The notes under the pieces were generated by a model, which ran no database searches, was not told the DNA's origin, and saw nothing but the letters and a program-made list of their open reading frames with translations. Made by a program: the position numbers and the translations under genes. A DNA stretch of 64,000 bases, from assembly GCA_041690135.1 (NCBI GenBank), contig JAWLHY010000010.1, positions 1 through 64,000 on the forward strand. The letters run 5' to 3'. Within the stretch, counting starts at the first letter, position 1. Each line of letters starts with the position of its first letter. Below are positions 38,559 to 48,681 of this stretch, piece after piece. Source of the DNA: Armatimonadota bacterium (lineage in GTDB: Bacteria > Armatimonadota > SYMT01).

Positions 38559-39764
38559 CTACTTGCCGATCGAGTCGACGGTGACCTGCATCATCTGCAG
38601 GTCGCCGTAGCTGGTGGGCTCGAAGTCGACATTGATCGAGGGGGTGTAGGGTTCCGAGAACTTGAGCGAAAGCTTCGAGTTCAGCGGTGTGGCCGCGCCT
38701 CCCGGAGTGATCAGGCGCGTGGCGAGCGCGTACTGGCCGACCGGGACATTCGTCAGGTACCAATGGATCGAGCTGGTAATGTTGCTGTCGAAGGTCCGGC
38801 GGAAGGTGACCGGCTGGCCCGCGCTGCCGTCGATCAGCGGGCCTCTCGGCGTCAGGGTGATCTCCAGGGTCGCGCCCTTCGTGAAGTACACGGGGGAGTT
38901 CAGCGTGCCCTCTTCCCGGTTCTTCACCAGCACGTAGCCGCCGTAGTACTTGGTACCTTCCGTGTGCGCGCCTTCCTCACCCGGCTTCTGGTTCGGCTTG
39001 AGGCCGGAGATCTTCCAGATGAAGTTCTTCACGATCCCCGCGGATGCGTCGTGCCCCGGAGCCGTCTTGCCGTCCGTGGGAAACAGGGTGAAGCGATAGT
39101 TCTTGCCCTGGTAAGTGGTCTCGTAGTAGGCGGCAATCCCGTAAATTCCGTCCGGCACCCGGAGCGAGTACTGCCCGTTCGCGGCCGTCTCGACCTCGAA
39201 GCGCGTCCGGTCCCCGGCGGCGGTGGTGCCGAAGATCCCGACTCCTACGCCGGCCAGCGGCTTTCCGGCCATCGTGGTGACGCGGCCCACGACATAACCC
39301 GGCTTCGCTTTCAACGCGGGAAGGACGGGCAGTTTCGCCGGTGCCGGACGAGGGGCGGGAGGTGTCGGCTTCGTGACCGGAGGCGCAGTCGGGCGCGGAA
39401 CATCTGCGACAGGGCCTGTGGGACGGGCGGAGAGGCGCGCCGTAATTACCTGCTCTTTGCCGTCGCGAAGTATCCGAAGGCGGACGGTGGTCCCCTCCGG
39501 AAGCCCTTCCATAAACCGGCCCAACGCAACTCCGCTCGTCACCGGGAGATCATTTACCGCTGTGACGATGTCCCCGACGCGAAGGCCAGCCTGTTCCGCG
39601 GGACTTCCCTGCGCCACGCGCGTGATGGGAGCGCCTTCCGCAGTACCGGCGCCGAGATAACCCGCGTCCGCACTGACAAGCCGTGCGCTGCTGACGAGCA
39701 GTCCGAGCGCCGCCACGGCGGCCATACGCTGCTTGCTTCCTGATCCAGACAACAGAACCTCCAT
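38559..39764 (-). CDS. exported PDZ-domain protein with carboxypeptidase-regulatory-like domain
   Basis: GYLG...GSPAEQAGLRVGDIV, Pro-rich linker, GRVTTMAGKPLAGV; start 39764 or 39725. Confidence 0.85.
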   Translation of the reverse strand: MEVLLSGSGSKQRMAAVAALGLLVSSARLVSADAGYLGAGTAEGAPITRVAQGSPAEQAGLRVGDIVTAVNDLPVTSGVALGRFMEGLPEGTTVRLRILRDGKEQVITARLSARPTGPVADVPRPTAPPVTKPTPPAPRPAPAKLPVLPALKAKPGYVVGRVTTMAGKPLAGVGVGIFGTTAAGDRTRFEVETAANGQYSLRVPDGIYGIAAYYETTYQGKNYRFTLFPTDGKTAPGHDASAGIVKNFIWKISGLKPNQKPGEEGAHTEGTKYYGGYVLVKNREEGTLNSPVYFTKGATLEITLTPRGPLIDGSAGQPVTFRRTFDSNITSSIHWYLTNVPVGQYALATRLITPGGAATPLNSKLSLKFSEPYTPSINVDFEPTSYGDLQMMQVTVDSIGK

Positions 39765-39897
39765 TTTGGTACAAACAGAGCACCGTTGTCGTCTACCGGA
39801 AGGACGGCATCGCAGGTTCCACCCCGGCCGGCAACCCACGTGTCAGTAGTCGCGGCCGGGCCGATGATAGCACATCCTGTTTCGCCAGATCCGTAGC

Positions 39898-40254
39898 TTA
39901 CGAAGGGGGTCTCCGGATGCGGATGCGCCCCGGTGAAATAACGGAGAAATTCCCCGGCATCTCCGCTGCATGAGCGGAAATGGCTACCGAAACGAGGGCA
40001 GCCTTTGTCTCGGGAGCGAGACCCGGTAGGCGCACCAACACCACGCCCAGATGCACCAGGCGCTGCCGGAAAACCAGTTCACCAAAGTCGTGGTCCTCTG
40101 TGATGAGGAGCGCACCATGTTCGTTGGCTCGCTGGAGAACCAGGTCATCCGAGATGCTTGGCTCCATCTCGGCAACGTAGAGGACGAGGTGCCCATCTGC
40201 CCGGAGCCGCCGGACGATCTGCGACTCCAGGTTCTCGTCGGCCAGCAGATTCAT
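39898..40254 (-). CDS. DUF5615 PIN-like toxin
   Basis: MNLLADEN, SDDLVL, LITEDHDFGEL, RIRIR; overlaps the antitoxin stop (ATGA). Confidence 0.92.
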   Translation of the reverse strand: MNLLADENLESQIVRRLRADGHLVLYVAEMEPSISDDLVLQRANEHGALLITEDHDFGELVFRQRLVHLGVVLVRLPGLAPETKAALVSVAISAHAAEMPGNFSVISPGRIRIRRPPS

Positions 40255-40487
40255 GCCGCCTGGGCTTCAAGAGGATACACGACGTCGGCACGTAGAGCGC
40301 GTGCGGCGAAATCAAGCGCTGCCAGCACTCCCGCGTGGGTAAGACGTGGGTATGCTTCCAGCAACTGGTCGATGCTTTCACCCGCAGCCAGCTTTTCCAG
40401 TATGAGCTCCACAGTGATGCGAGTTCCAGTCACTACAGGTTTACCCATCATCACTTTGGGATCCGATTGAATCAATGGCGCGTCCAA
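40251..40487 (-). CDS. DUF433 antitoxin
   Basis: DPKVMMGKPVVTGTRITVELILEKLAAG...YPRLT. Confidence 0.93.
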   Translation of the reverse strand: MDAPLIQSDPKVMMGKPVVTGTRITVELILEKLAAGESIDQLLEAYPRLTHAGVLAALDFAARALRADVVYPLEAQAA

Positions 40488-40689
40488 TGGGGTGCTCCTC
40501 TCCTGCGGTAGGATCTAATACCTGACGTTCGTTTCCTATCTGCCCCGCTGCAAACAAACGAGGCTGACAGCAGGTGTCTCCGGAAATCATCAGCATATGG
40601 CTGGCTCTGCGCAGATGCCGTTTCGAATTGTACTGCCAGGTTGACGACACCTGCAAGTAACCGCGGCAGTTGCCGGTGACCGCTACAAC

Positions 40690-40900
40690 GGAACTGGGCG
40701 GGTTGCCCGGTGGCTTCCAGGACGGACATCCAGCTTCCGGCCGGAGACCGCCAGTTCCATCGGCACGTGGACGAACTCGCCGTGCCACTGGCTGACGATC
40801 ATGGCGGTGTTCCCGGCCATGGCGGCATGGATCAGCTCGCGGACCAGCCCCTGGACGACGTTATTCAGGCCGGAGCAAAGGCCGCCGCCCGTCGCGAAAC
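40690..40900 (-). pseudogene. internally deleted 6-phosphofructokinase remnant
   Basis: N-terminal TGGGLCSGLNNVVQGLV joined to C-terminal HAAMAGNTAMIVSQWHGEFVHVP, then WMSVLEATGQP in another frame. Confidence 0.75.
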
Positions 40901-41062
40901 TCCCGCAGGAATTCGGAAGCCTCCTGCCGCGCCAAGGACGTGACCGGTGCATCATTGGTGCCCATCTGTCCGTATTCCCGCCAAGCCACTTCACTCAACT
41001 CGATGACTTGCTGCGTCTCTTTCATCTCTTCGTGCCTTCGTGGTTAACAGGCCCCTGCCGTG

Positions 41063-42469
41063 TCAACGGAGGCGGAGTTGGGTCAGGAAGATGTCGTTGC
41101 TGCCCGTGGCGGTGAGGGAGGCCGTGCCGTAGCGGGTCGTGCGATTGAAGGCGCCGGAGAGATACGCGTGGCCTTTGCCGTCCAGCGCGACGCAGTAGCA
41201 GAGGTCATCCCCCTCCGTGCCGCCGGGTTTGACCCAGGAGAGGGTTCCATTCTGCTCCACGCGGGCTACATAGAGATCGCGTCCGCCGGCGTTGGGCACG
41301 GTGGTAGCGGCATTGGAGCCGGTGGAACTAAAGGTAGCGGTGCCACTGATCTCGCCGACCGCGTAGCAGCCCCCCTTCGGATCGGCCGCGATCCCCAGGC
41401 AATAGTCGATGCCCGCACTTGCCCCCTTGTGAGCCCACCGGGGCTTCCCATCCGGATCGAAGCCGGCAATGAACAGGTCGTAATCGCCGCTGCCGGACAG
41501 GGTGGTGTTTCCAAAGACCGCGGTGCTCTTGAACATACCTCCGATATAGCTGTGGCCCCGGTCGTCCACGGCTACACCGGTCGCCACTCCGTCCGACTTG
41601 CCTCCGGCCCCGGTGGCCCAGAGCGCCCTGCCGTCGGCGTCGTATTTCACCAGGACCACATCCCGCCCGGTTGCCGCATAAGTGGCACCGCCAAAGTCCG
41701 CCTCGGCGGAGACGGAACCGGTCGCCCAGCAGTTCCCGGACCGATCCACGGCAAGAGCCTGCCCGGCCGCGCCCCGGCCGCGGCTCTGACGCACCCAGGC
41801 GATTTTGCCGCTGGGAGCGTACTTTGCGACGAAGAGATGGGAACCGACTGGATTCTCCACCTTTTCCCCACCGAAGTCGTTGTTGCCGACGACGCCCCCG
41901 GTGACATAGCAGTTTCCCGTTCCGTCCACGCCGATCCCGTGACCGTAGTCGTAACCTTCCCCGCCAGCAGTCTGCACCCACTGCAGTTTGCCCTGCGGGT
42001 CGTAGCGGGCCACGAAGATATCGTGATCTCCCCGCTGCGGGAGGGCCGGGCTCCCGTCAAACGTCGCGTCCGTGCTCTGGTAGTGACCGGTCACGAAAAC
42101 GTTGCCTTGCCGGTCGACTTCGACTTCGTAACCGCGGTCCGTTCGGGCTCCCCCACCCTGGCGCACCCACAGGCACTCGCCGGCCGGGCTGTATTTGGCC
42201 ACGAAGAAGTCGTAGTCGCCGCGACTGGTGAGCGTGTGCTTGCCGAAATCGGCGACCTCGGCGAATTCGCCGGTCATGTAGACATTACCCGCAGCGTCGG
42301 TGGTCAGCCCACGGGTCTTATCGGCCTTCTTGCCCCCCGCCCGGACGGCCCAGAGAAACTCCGGCTCCTTCGACTGGCCGGACACGGGGGCGGGGGAAAC
42401 GGCAGCAACCAGGAAAGCAAGGGCAGCCAGGGGCAGAAGCAAGTGGGAAATGCGGCGGTGGTTCATCAC
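41063..42469 (-). CDS. exported SBBP-type beta-propeller repeat protein
   Basis: repeated DxxGNxYxTG...DIFVAKY..G...W units. Confidence 0.9.
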   Translation of the reverse strand: MMNHRRISHLLLPLAALAFLVAAVSPAPVSGQSKEPEFLWAVRAGGKKADKTRGLTTDAAGNVYMTGEFAEVADFGKHTLTSRGDYDFFVAKYSPAGECLWVRQGGGARTDRGYEVEVDRQGNVFVTGHYQSTDATFDGSPALPQRGDHDIFVARYDPQGKLQWVQTAGGEGYDYGHGIGVDGTGNCYVTGGVVGNNDFGGEKVENPVGSHLFVAKYAPSGKIAWVRQSRGRGAAGQALAVDRSGNCWATGSVSAEADFGGATYAATGRDVVLVKYDADGRALWATGAGGKSDGVATGVAVDDRGHSYIGGMFKSTAVFGNTTLSGSGDYDLFIAGFDPDGKPRWAHKGASAGIDYCLGIAADPKGGCYAVGEISGTATFSSTGSNAATTVPNAGGRDLYVARVEQNGTLSWVKPGGTEGDDLCYCVALDGKGHAYLSGAFNRTTRYGTASLTATGSNDIFLTQLRLR

Positions 42470-42544
42470 AATCCATCATCCTCGCGGTGATCGGTCTCTG
42501 GACGAGCGTTCGCCTTCCAAGCCGAAAGCCCCTGCGGCAGGTTC

Positions 42545-42740
42545 CGCACTCCTCCTCCCACTCCTTTTCCATGGCTTCTTCATCCTCATCTTTTTCATCT
42601 TCTTCATCCTCATCTTCTTCCGTCCACCTGCCCCGCTCTCCCCTTCCTCCTCCTCATCCATCCTCTGCCTCTTCCATCCTCAACCTCATCCATCCACATC
42701 CTTTCCTTATCTTTATCTTCATCGCTCCTCATCCAATTCC
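42545..42740. repeat. pyrimidine-rich (TTC/ATC/CTC)n low-complexity tract
   Basis: ttcttcatcctcatc repeated; G almost absent on the plus strand. Confidence 0.8.
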
Positions 42741-42844
42741 GGCCGCAGGCAAGCGAGAGGGTTCCCTCCCGGCGGCTCGGAACTGTAGAGTGGGTTCAGT
42801 CATTCCGCTGTCCGGAATGCGACTGCGATCCAGTTGGTGGGAGA

Positions 42845-45800
42845 ATGGTTGGAGATTTGACGGAAGGCCTGGTCTTCCTATTTACGGACGTTGAAGGCAG
42901 CACGCGGACCTGGGAACTGCAGCCCGAGGGAATGCGCGCGGCGCTGGGGCGGCACGATGCTCTCCTGCGGAACGCGATCGCGAACCATGGGGGACGTGTC
43001 TTCAAGAGCATGGGGGATGGGTTTGCCGCGGTGTTTTCGGACCCGGCCGCGGCCGTTTCCGCCGCGTTCGAGGCGCAGCGCGAGCTCTTCCGCCAGGACT
43101 GGCAGGGGCTGCCGGTGTTGCGAGTGCGCATGGCGCTCCACACCGGCAGCGCCGAAGCCCGCGATGGAGATTTCTACGGACCCATCGTCAACCGGGTCGC
43201 GCGCCTGCTCGACTCGGCGCACGGGGGCCAGATCTTATTGACCGGTGCGATCTTTCAGGCATTGGGGGGCAGTCTGCCGCCCGGCTGTGAAGCCCGTGCC
43301 GTGGGCAGCTACCGTTTTCGGGATCTGCTCCTGCCGGAAGAGATCTATCAACTGGTCCACCCTCAGCTTCCGCCCGTGTTCGACCGGTTACGGGCCCTGG
43401 CCGCGTTTCCCCACAACCTGCCCACGCAGCTTTCCTCCTTTATTGGCCGTGAGAAAGAACTCTCCGCTCTCTCGGAGTGGCTGGAGGGGAGCCGGGTCCT
43501 GTCGCTGACGGGGCCCGGCGGAACCGGAAAGACCCGTCTCGCACTCCAGCTTGGCGCGGGCGTCACGGAGCAGTTTTCGGATGGCGTGTGGCTGGTAGAG
43601 CTCTCTCCCTTGCGGAAAGCCGATCAGATCTACCGGGCGCTAGGCGCGGCCCTGGGCGTGCGAGAAGATCCGTCGCGCGACCTGCTGACCACGCTGGCCG
43701 ATTACCTGGAGCACCGGCGCGCACTCCTCATCCTCGATAACTGCGAGCACCTGCTCGAGGAATGCGCGCATCTGGTGGAGCGGATCCTGCGGCACTGTCC
43801 CTACGTCCGCATCCTCACGACTACTCGTGAGATGCTGAAAGTGGCCGGAGAGCGGGTCTATCCCGTCCCTCCGCTCACCCTCCCCACTCCGGACGTGGCT
43901 CCGAATACGGAGCCTGTCTTGCCCGCACACCTCGAACAATTTGAGGCCGTCCGTTTGTTTGTAGATCGCGCCGTGGCGGCTCACCCTCGCTTCGCCCTGA
44001 CCGCCGACAATGCCGGGGCCGTGGTAGAGCTCTGCCGCCAATTGGATGGGTTGCCTCTGGCCATCGAATTGGCTGCGGCCCGAGTCCGGATGCTGTCGGT
44101 TGAGCAGCTTCTCGGCCGCATCCAGGACCGCTTCCGGCTGCTCGCTTCGGGGAGGCGGACCGCCGAAGAGCGCCAGAGCAGCCTTCGCGGAATGATCGAC
44201 TGGAGCTACCAGTTGCTCACGGAAGCCGAACGCGAACTGTTCCATCGCGTGGCGATCTTTCGCGGCAACTTCGACTTTGCCGCCGTCGAAGCCGTCTGCG
44301 TGGGGCAAGGGGTTCCCGAGGAAGACCTTTACCTGCTGCTCGAGAGCCTGATCGACAAATCGCTCCTGGTGGCGGAAGAGGTGGAAGGGGCAGTTCGCTA
44401 CCGCCTTCTGGAAACGCTGCAAGCCTACGCGCTGGAGCGGCTTCAGGAGGCGCACCGGGCCGAGGAGTTCGCGGGGAAACACGCCCGGTGGTATGTTCAG
44501 GTGGCACGAGAAGCAGGCGACCACCTGGAAGGGGAGCGGGGAGACCTGCAAGAAGCGGCCGCGCAACGGTTGGACCAGGAAGGGGAGAACCTGCGCGCGG
44601 CAATGGTCTGGGCTCTGGATCGCGACCTGGAAGCGGCTCTACACCTCGTGCGCGGGATGGGTCTTTACTGGTTGCGGAGGGGGCGCTGGTCCGAAGCGGC
44701 GGAAGCCCATGAGCGGGTTCTGGCCCTGCGGGGTAACACACCGGCCGACTTGCGCGCGAAAGTCCTGCGCCGGGCCGGAATCTTCGCGCGCATTCGCGGC
44801 GACTACCGGCGCGCGCACGCTCTCACCGCCGAAGCGTTGGCCCTGTACACGGACCTGGAGGATACGCTGGGGATCGCCGTGTCCCTCTATTCTTTAGGCA
44901 CCATTGCTCTGAATCGGGGCGAGACGCAGGAAGCCTGGTCCTATTACGAAGAAACGTTATCGCAGTTCCGATCAATCGGGCGCCAGGCGGGTATAGCGGA
45001 CTGCTTCCAGGCGTTGGGTCTGCTGGCGCTGGCGGCTTCGGACCTGGAGTTGGCCGGTACGCACTTCCAGCGGTGCCTGGAAATTCATGAAGAGTTGCGA
45101 CAAACCACGGGGATCGCCATCGCGCTGAACTACCTGGGCGTCGTAGCCTACCTCCAGGGAGCGGGCGCGGAAGCGCGGCGGCGCTATGAGGAGAGCCTGG
45201 CGATTCTCGGAGAAGGTGGAGACCGGGTGACCACGGCGGTGGTGCTGCAGAACCTTGGCCGCGAGGCGCGCAGCCGGGGCGACCTGGAGACTGCTCGCTC
45301 ATTGCTGGAACGGAGCCTGGCCGTGGCCCTGGAAATCGGCAGCCGGGAACGGGCGGCGGTGATCTGCGGAGACCTGGCACGGTTGGACCTGCGCGTGGGG
45401 CACACCGCGGCCGCGCGCGCCGCGCTGGAAGATAACCTGGGCACCTTGAAGCAAATCGGCAGCCGGCGATACGTGGCGAAATTCTTGCATGACCTGGGTG
45501 AAGTGGCCCTCGCCGAAGGGGACCTGGAAAAAGCTGCTCCCCTGCTGCGGGAAAGCCTGGAGATGCGACGCGAGATGCAGCATCTGCTCAACCTGCCGGA
45601 AAGCCTTGAAGCTGCGGCCCGGTTCGCCGCGGCCTCCGGCCAGGAAGCGAAGGCAGCGGGCCTGTTCGGCGCGGTGGAAGCATGCCGGCGCCACCTCGGC
45701 ATCGCCGCCTGTTCGGATGCGCAGGCGGCTCTGGCGCGGGATGAAGAACGCCTCCGCGGCCAGTTAGGAGAAGACCGTTACTTGACGGCCAGGACAGCCG

Positions 45801-45889
45801 GGCAGAAACTCGCGCGGGAAGCGGCTATGAATGTGGCACTCGCGTTGCTTCGCGCGGAGCCCGAGAAGCCACCGGAGGACAGCGAATGA
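42845..45889 (+). CDS. class III adenylate/guanylate cyclase - STAND NTPase - TPR protein
   Basis: FLFTDVEGST, KSMGDGF, GPIVNRVARL; Walker A GPGGTGKT, LILDNCEHL, DGLPLAIELAAAR; C-terminal TPRs. Confidence 0.93.
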   Translation: MVGDLTEGLVFLFTDVEGSTRTWELQPEGMRAALGRHDALLRNAIANHGGRVFKSMGDGFAAVFSDPAAAVSAAFEAQRELFRQDWQGLPVLRVRMALHTGSAEARDGDFYGPIVNRVARLLDSAHGGQILLTGAIFQALGGSLPPGCEARAVGSYRFRDLLLPEEIYQLVHPQLPPVFDRLRALAAFPHNLPTQLSSFIGREKELSALSEWLEGSRVLSLTGPGGTGKTRLALQLGAGVTEQFSDGVWLVELSPLRKADQIYRALGAALGVREDPSRDLLTTLADYLEHRRALLILDNCEHLLEECAHLVERILRHCPYVRILTTTREMLKVAGERVYPVPPLTLPTPDVAPNTEPVLPAHLEQFEAVRLFVDRAVAAHPRFALTADNAGAVVELCRQLDGLPLAIELAAARVRMLSVEQLLGRIQDRFRLLASGRRTAEERQSSLRGMIDWSYQLLTEAERELFHRVAIFRGNFDFAAVEAVCVGQGVPEEDLYLLLESLIDKSLLVAEEVEGAVRYRLLETLQAYALERLQEAHRAEEFAGKHARWYVQVAREAGDHLEGERGDLQEAAAQRLDQEGENLRAAMVWALDRDLEAALHLVRGMGLYWLRRGRWSEAAEAHERVLALRGNTPADLRAKVLRRAGIFARIRGDYRRAHALTAEALALYTDLEDTLGIAVSLYSLGTIALNRGETQEAWSYYEETLSQFRSIGRQAGIADCFQALGLLALAASDLELAGTHFQRCLEIHEELRQTTGIAIALNYLGVVAYLQGAGAEARRRYEESLAILGEGGDRVTTAVVLQNLGREARSRGDLETARSLLERSLAVALEIGSRERAAVICGDLARLDLRVGHTAAARAALEDNLGTLKQIGSRRYVAKFLHDLGEVALAEGDLEKAAPLLRESLEMRREMQHLLNLPESLEAAARFAAASGQEAKAAGLFGAVEACRRHLGIAACSDAQAALARDEERLRGQLGEDRYLTARTAGQKLAREAAMNVALALLRAEPEKPPEDSE

Positions 45890-48681
45890 CCGTCGATCGC
45901 TACTATGTGGCGTCCGGAGCCGACTACGAGGCGGCATGGGCACCGGAAAGTGGGGAGCGGGAGCGCCTCCTTCCACGCCAGGACGGCAGCTTGCCCCCTG
46001 CGGTGTTCGGCAGTGGAGCAGCGCGTTTGCGACTGCACCGGACCTGGGAACCACTTTCCCCTCGCTGGCGGGAGCCGTCCAATGCTTCGCTTGGGATCGG
46101 GATCATCAGTTGCAACCGCCTCGACCGGGTCCGCTGGCTGGTGGAAGCTCTGCAGAGCCACACGCACACCCCATTCCACCTGGTGATCGCGGACGACGGC
46201 AGCGTGGACGGCACGGCCGCCTGGGCGCGGGAGAGCGGCATCCCGGTGGTGACCGGCCGCAACCGCGGGGTAGCCTGGAACAAGAACCGGGCTCTCTACT
46301 GGCTGATGCACCGCACTTCCTGCGAAAAGCTGCTGCTGATCGAGGACGACATCCATCCGGTGCGCGATGGGTGGGAGCGCGGTTGGCTGGAGGCCCTCGA
46401 CTGCTTCGGTCACCTCAATTACTGTCCCGACAGCGGGCGCCCCGAAGGAGGCCAACAGGTCGCCGTCTACGACCCCTATCCGGCCTTCGACTGGGTCAAT
46501 GGCCTGATGATGGCCTTCACCCGACCGGCGGTGGAGCAAGTGGGTTACCTCGACACCCGGTTTCAGGGTTACGGAGCCGGGCATGTGGAGTACACGGAGC
46601 GGTTCAGGCGGGCAGGCCTGCACCCCCCACGCGGCTTCGTGACCCTGCGCGACGGCTCGTTGAGTGAGCACCCACGACAGCCCCTACAGGAAAGTCGCGT
46701 CGCGGATATCGCTCGAAACCGGGCTCTGCGTCGTGAGTTGGCTCAAGATCCAGTCTGGCGACCGCCGGCTCGGGGCTCGCGGGAGGCGGCAATCCTGGTG
46801 CATGAGCAAGAGCGTGCCCGGTGGTCACAGAAACTACCGGTTGGCGAAGGGGCCGAGATCGTTTCCGTGTTGTGTGCGAGCCGCACGGAGGCGCTCGCCC
46901 GGCGCATGGCCGCCTCGTTCAGTAACGATCCGAACATCGAATTCCTTTGGGCCTGGAACGGCGAAGGGATGCCGGACCTGCCAGGGCGCGTGCTCGACTA
47001 TCCCGGGCGTCCCTTCAACTACTGCGAGGCCTATAACTGGGTAGCCCGCCACGCACGGGGCAAAGTGCTGCTGATGGTCAACGACGATGTCGAGTTGACC
47101 TGCACCGGCCTTCCCCGGTTCCTCCTGGACCTTTATCGCTCCCGGCCGGACCTCGGCGTTGCTTACGGCGGACAGGCCGGCACGTGGGAAGTCCATGATG
47201 CCCCGGAGGCGCCTCACTGGCAGGGTTGTTGTTGGGCGATCTCGCGAAGCGCGTTCGCAGCCATGGGAGGGCTCGAGGAGTCCCTCCACGGATACGGTGC
47301 CGACGAGTTCGTTACTACCATCCGCATGCTGCGCCTCGGGTATGCCGGGGCGAGAATAAACGGCTGGACTTACCGCCATGAGGCTCACAAATCTTACGGT
47401 CAGGTGGAAGGCCTGCGCTACAACCGCCGAGAAGTTCCCGCCGCCCTGGGGTGGGGAGTCGCCACGGAACTGAGCGATCTGGATCTTGGTTGGAACGGTC
47501 CCTGGCTACATCAGCAGATCGCCACCGCCGAGGGTCGGGGGGACCTCGCGGACGCCTGGTTGCCCAATGTGTTCAAGTCAGCCGCCTCCGAACCACTCTC
47601 CCTGGCGGACACTACCCTTTCGGTAGCAGGTGACACCGCGCACTACAGTGCAGATGCGGTCACTGCCGGGAATACGGCCGGGCACCCACTGCCATCCATT
47701 GGGTACACCCTGGGGATTGCTCCCGCAAACGGACCGCACGTGGCGTCCCCCGCCATCGCCAAGGGGATGGGGGAACGATCTGAACAGTTTTTGACTGCTC
47801 GGCACGAACCTGTTTCTCCCTCCACACCCCTTGGATCATCACGACTGGGTGCGGCTTCCGGTCCATCGCCGAAGCCGTTCGATCGGATCCCGTTGTCTCC
47901 CTGGTTCGAGCCGGCTCGGGCGCCGCTTGGAATCGGGATCATCAGTTGCAACCGCCTCGCGCAAGTAAGGCGCCTGGTGGAGGCCTTACAGAACCACACG
48001 TTCACCCCATTCCACCTGGTGATCGCGGACGACGGCAGCGTGGACGGCACGGCCGCCTGGGCGCGGGAGAGCGGCATCCCGGTGATGACCGGCCGCAACC
48101 GCGGGGTAGCCTGGAACAAGAACCGGGCTCTCTACTGGCTGATGCACCGCACTTCCTGCGAAAAGCTGCTGCTGATCGAGGACGACATCCATCCGGTGCG
48201 CGATGGGTGGGAGCGCGGTTGGCTGGAGGCCCTCGAGCGCTTCGGCCATCTCTGCTACAGCCCCGAGGGGGCTCACGTTCCCGAGCAACTGGTGGCGCTC
48301 CACTTCGGTTACGTCGCCCTCGACTGGGTGGGCGGCGCCCTGATGGCAATGACCCGGAAGACCGTGGAGAGGGTGGGTTACCTCGACACCCGCTTCCAAG
48401 GATACGGCGACGAGCACATCGAATACAGCGAGCGATGCCAGCGCGCGGGATACTACTCCCACCCGGGGTTTGTCACCCTGCGGGACGGCTCCCTCTGCGA
48501 CCATCCCCCGATCGAGGGCTCCCCGGAGCGTCTCCGGGATCTCCTGCGCAATCGAAAACTCCGTGCTCGGCTAGTCGAAGAGCCGGTCTACCGTCCCCCT
48601 GCCCGGGACGAACCGGAGCGACAGGTACTGGAAACGGAGATCGAAGCGGCCATCGCCCTCCGTGAGTTGGCTTGGGTTTAG
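45886..48681 (+). CDS. glycosyltransferase with three GT2-type domains
   Basis: IADDGSVDGT, NRGVAWNKN and IEDD twice; middle domain with MVNDDV and GGLEE..HGYGADE; ATGA overlap with the upstream gene. Confidence 0.88.
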   Translation: MTVDRYYVASGADYEAAWAPESGERERLLPRQDGSLPPAVFGSGAARLRLHRTWEPLSPRWREPSNASLGIGIISCNRLDRVRWLVEALQSHTHTPFHLVIADDGSVDGTAAWARESGIPVVTGRNRGVAWNKNRALYWLMHRTSCEKLLLIEDDIHPVRDGWERGWLEALDCFGHLNYCPDSGRPEGGQQVAVYDPYPAFDWVNGLMMAFTRPAVEQVGYLDTRFQGYGAGHVEYTERFRRAGLHPPRGFVTLRDGSLSEHPRQPLQESRVADIARNRALRRELAQDPVWRPPARGSREAAILVHEQERARWSQKLPVGEGAEIVSVLCASRTEALARRMAASFSNDPNIEFLWAWNGEGMPDLPGRVLDYPGRPFNYCEAYNWVARHARGKVLLMVNDDVELTCTGLPRFLLDLYRSRPDLGVAYGGQAGTWEVHDAPEAPHWQGCCWAISRSAFAAMGGLEESLHGYGADEFVTTIRMLRLGYAGARINGWTYRHEAHKSYGQVEGLRYNRREVPAALGWGVATELSDLDLGWNGPWLHQQIATAEGRGDLADAWLPNVFKSAASEPLSLADTTLSVAGDTAHYSADAVTAGNTAGHPLPSIGYTLGIAPANGPHVASPAIAKGMGERSEQFLTARHEPVSPSTPLGSSRLGAASGPSPKPFDRIPLSPWFEPARAPLGIGIISCNRLAQVRRLVEALQNHTFTPFHLVIADDGSVDGTAAWARESGIPVMTGRNRGVAWNKNRALYWLMHRTSCEKLLLIEDDIHPVRDGWERGWLEALERFGHLCYSPEGAHVPEQLVALHFGYVALDWVGGALMAMTRKTVERVGYLDTRFQGYGDEHIEYSERCQRAGYYSHPGFVTLRDGSLCDHPPIEGSPERLRDLLRNRKLRARLVEEPVYRPPARDEPERQVLETEIEAAIALRELAWV

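Noticed and set aside
42318-42894. Lys/Met-rich and Ser/Phe-rich ORFs
   Set aside because: Translations of the low-complexity pyrimidine tract.
46167-48236. DGR or IS-derived repeat in the glycosyltransferase
   Set aside because: Only one mismatch; both copies are in-frame parts of GT domains.
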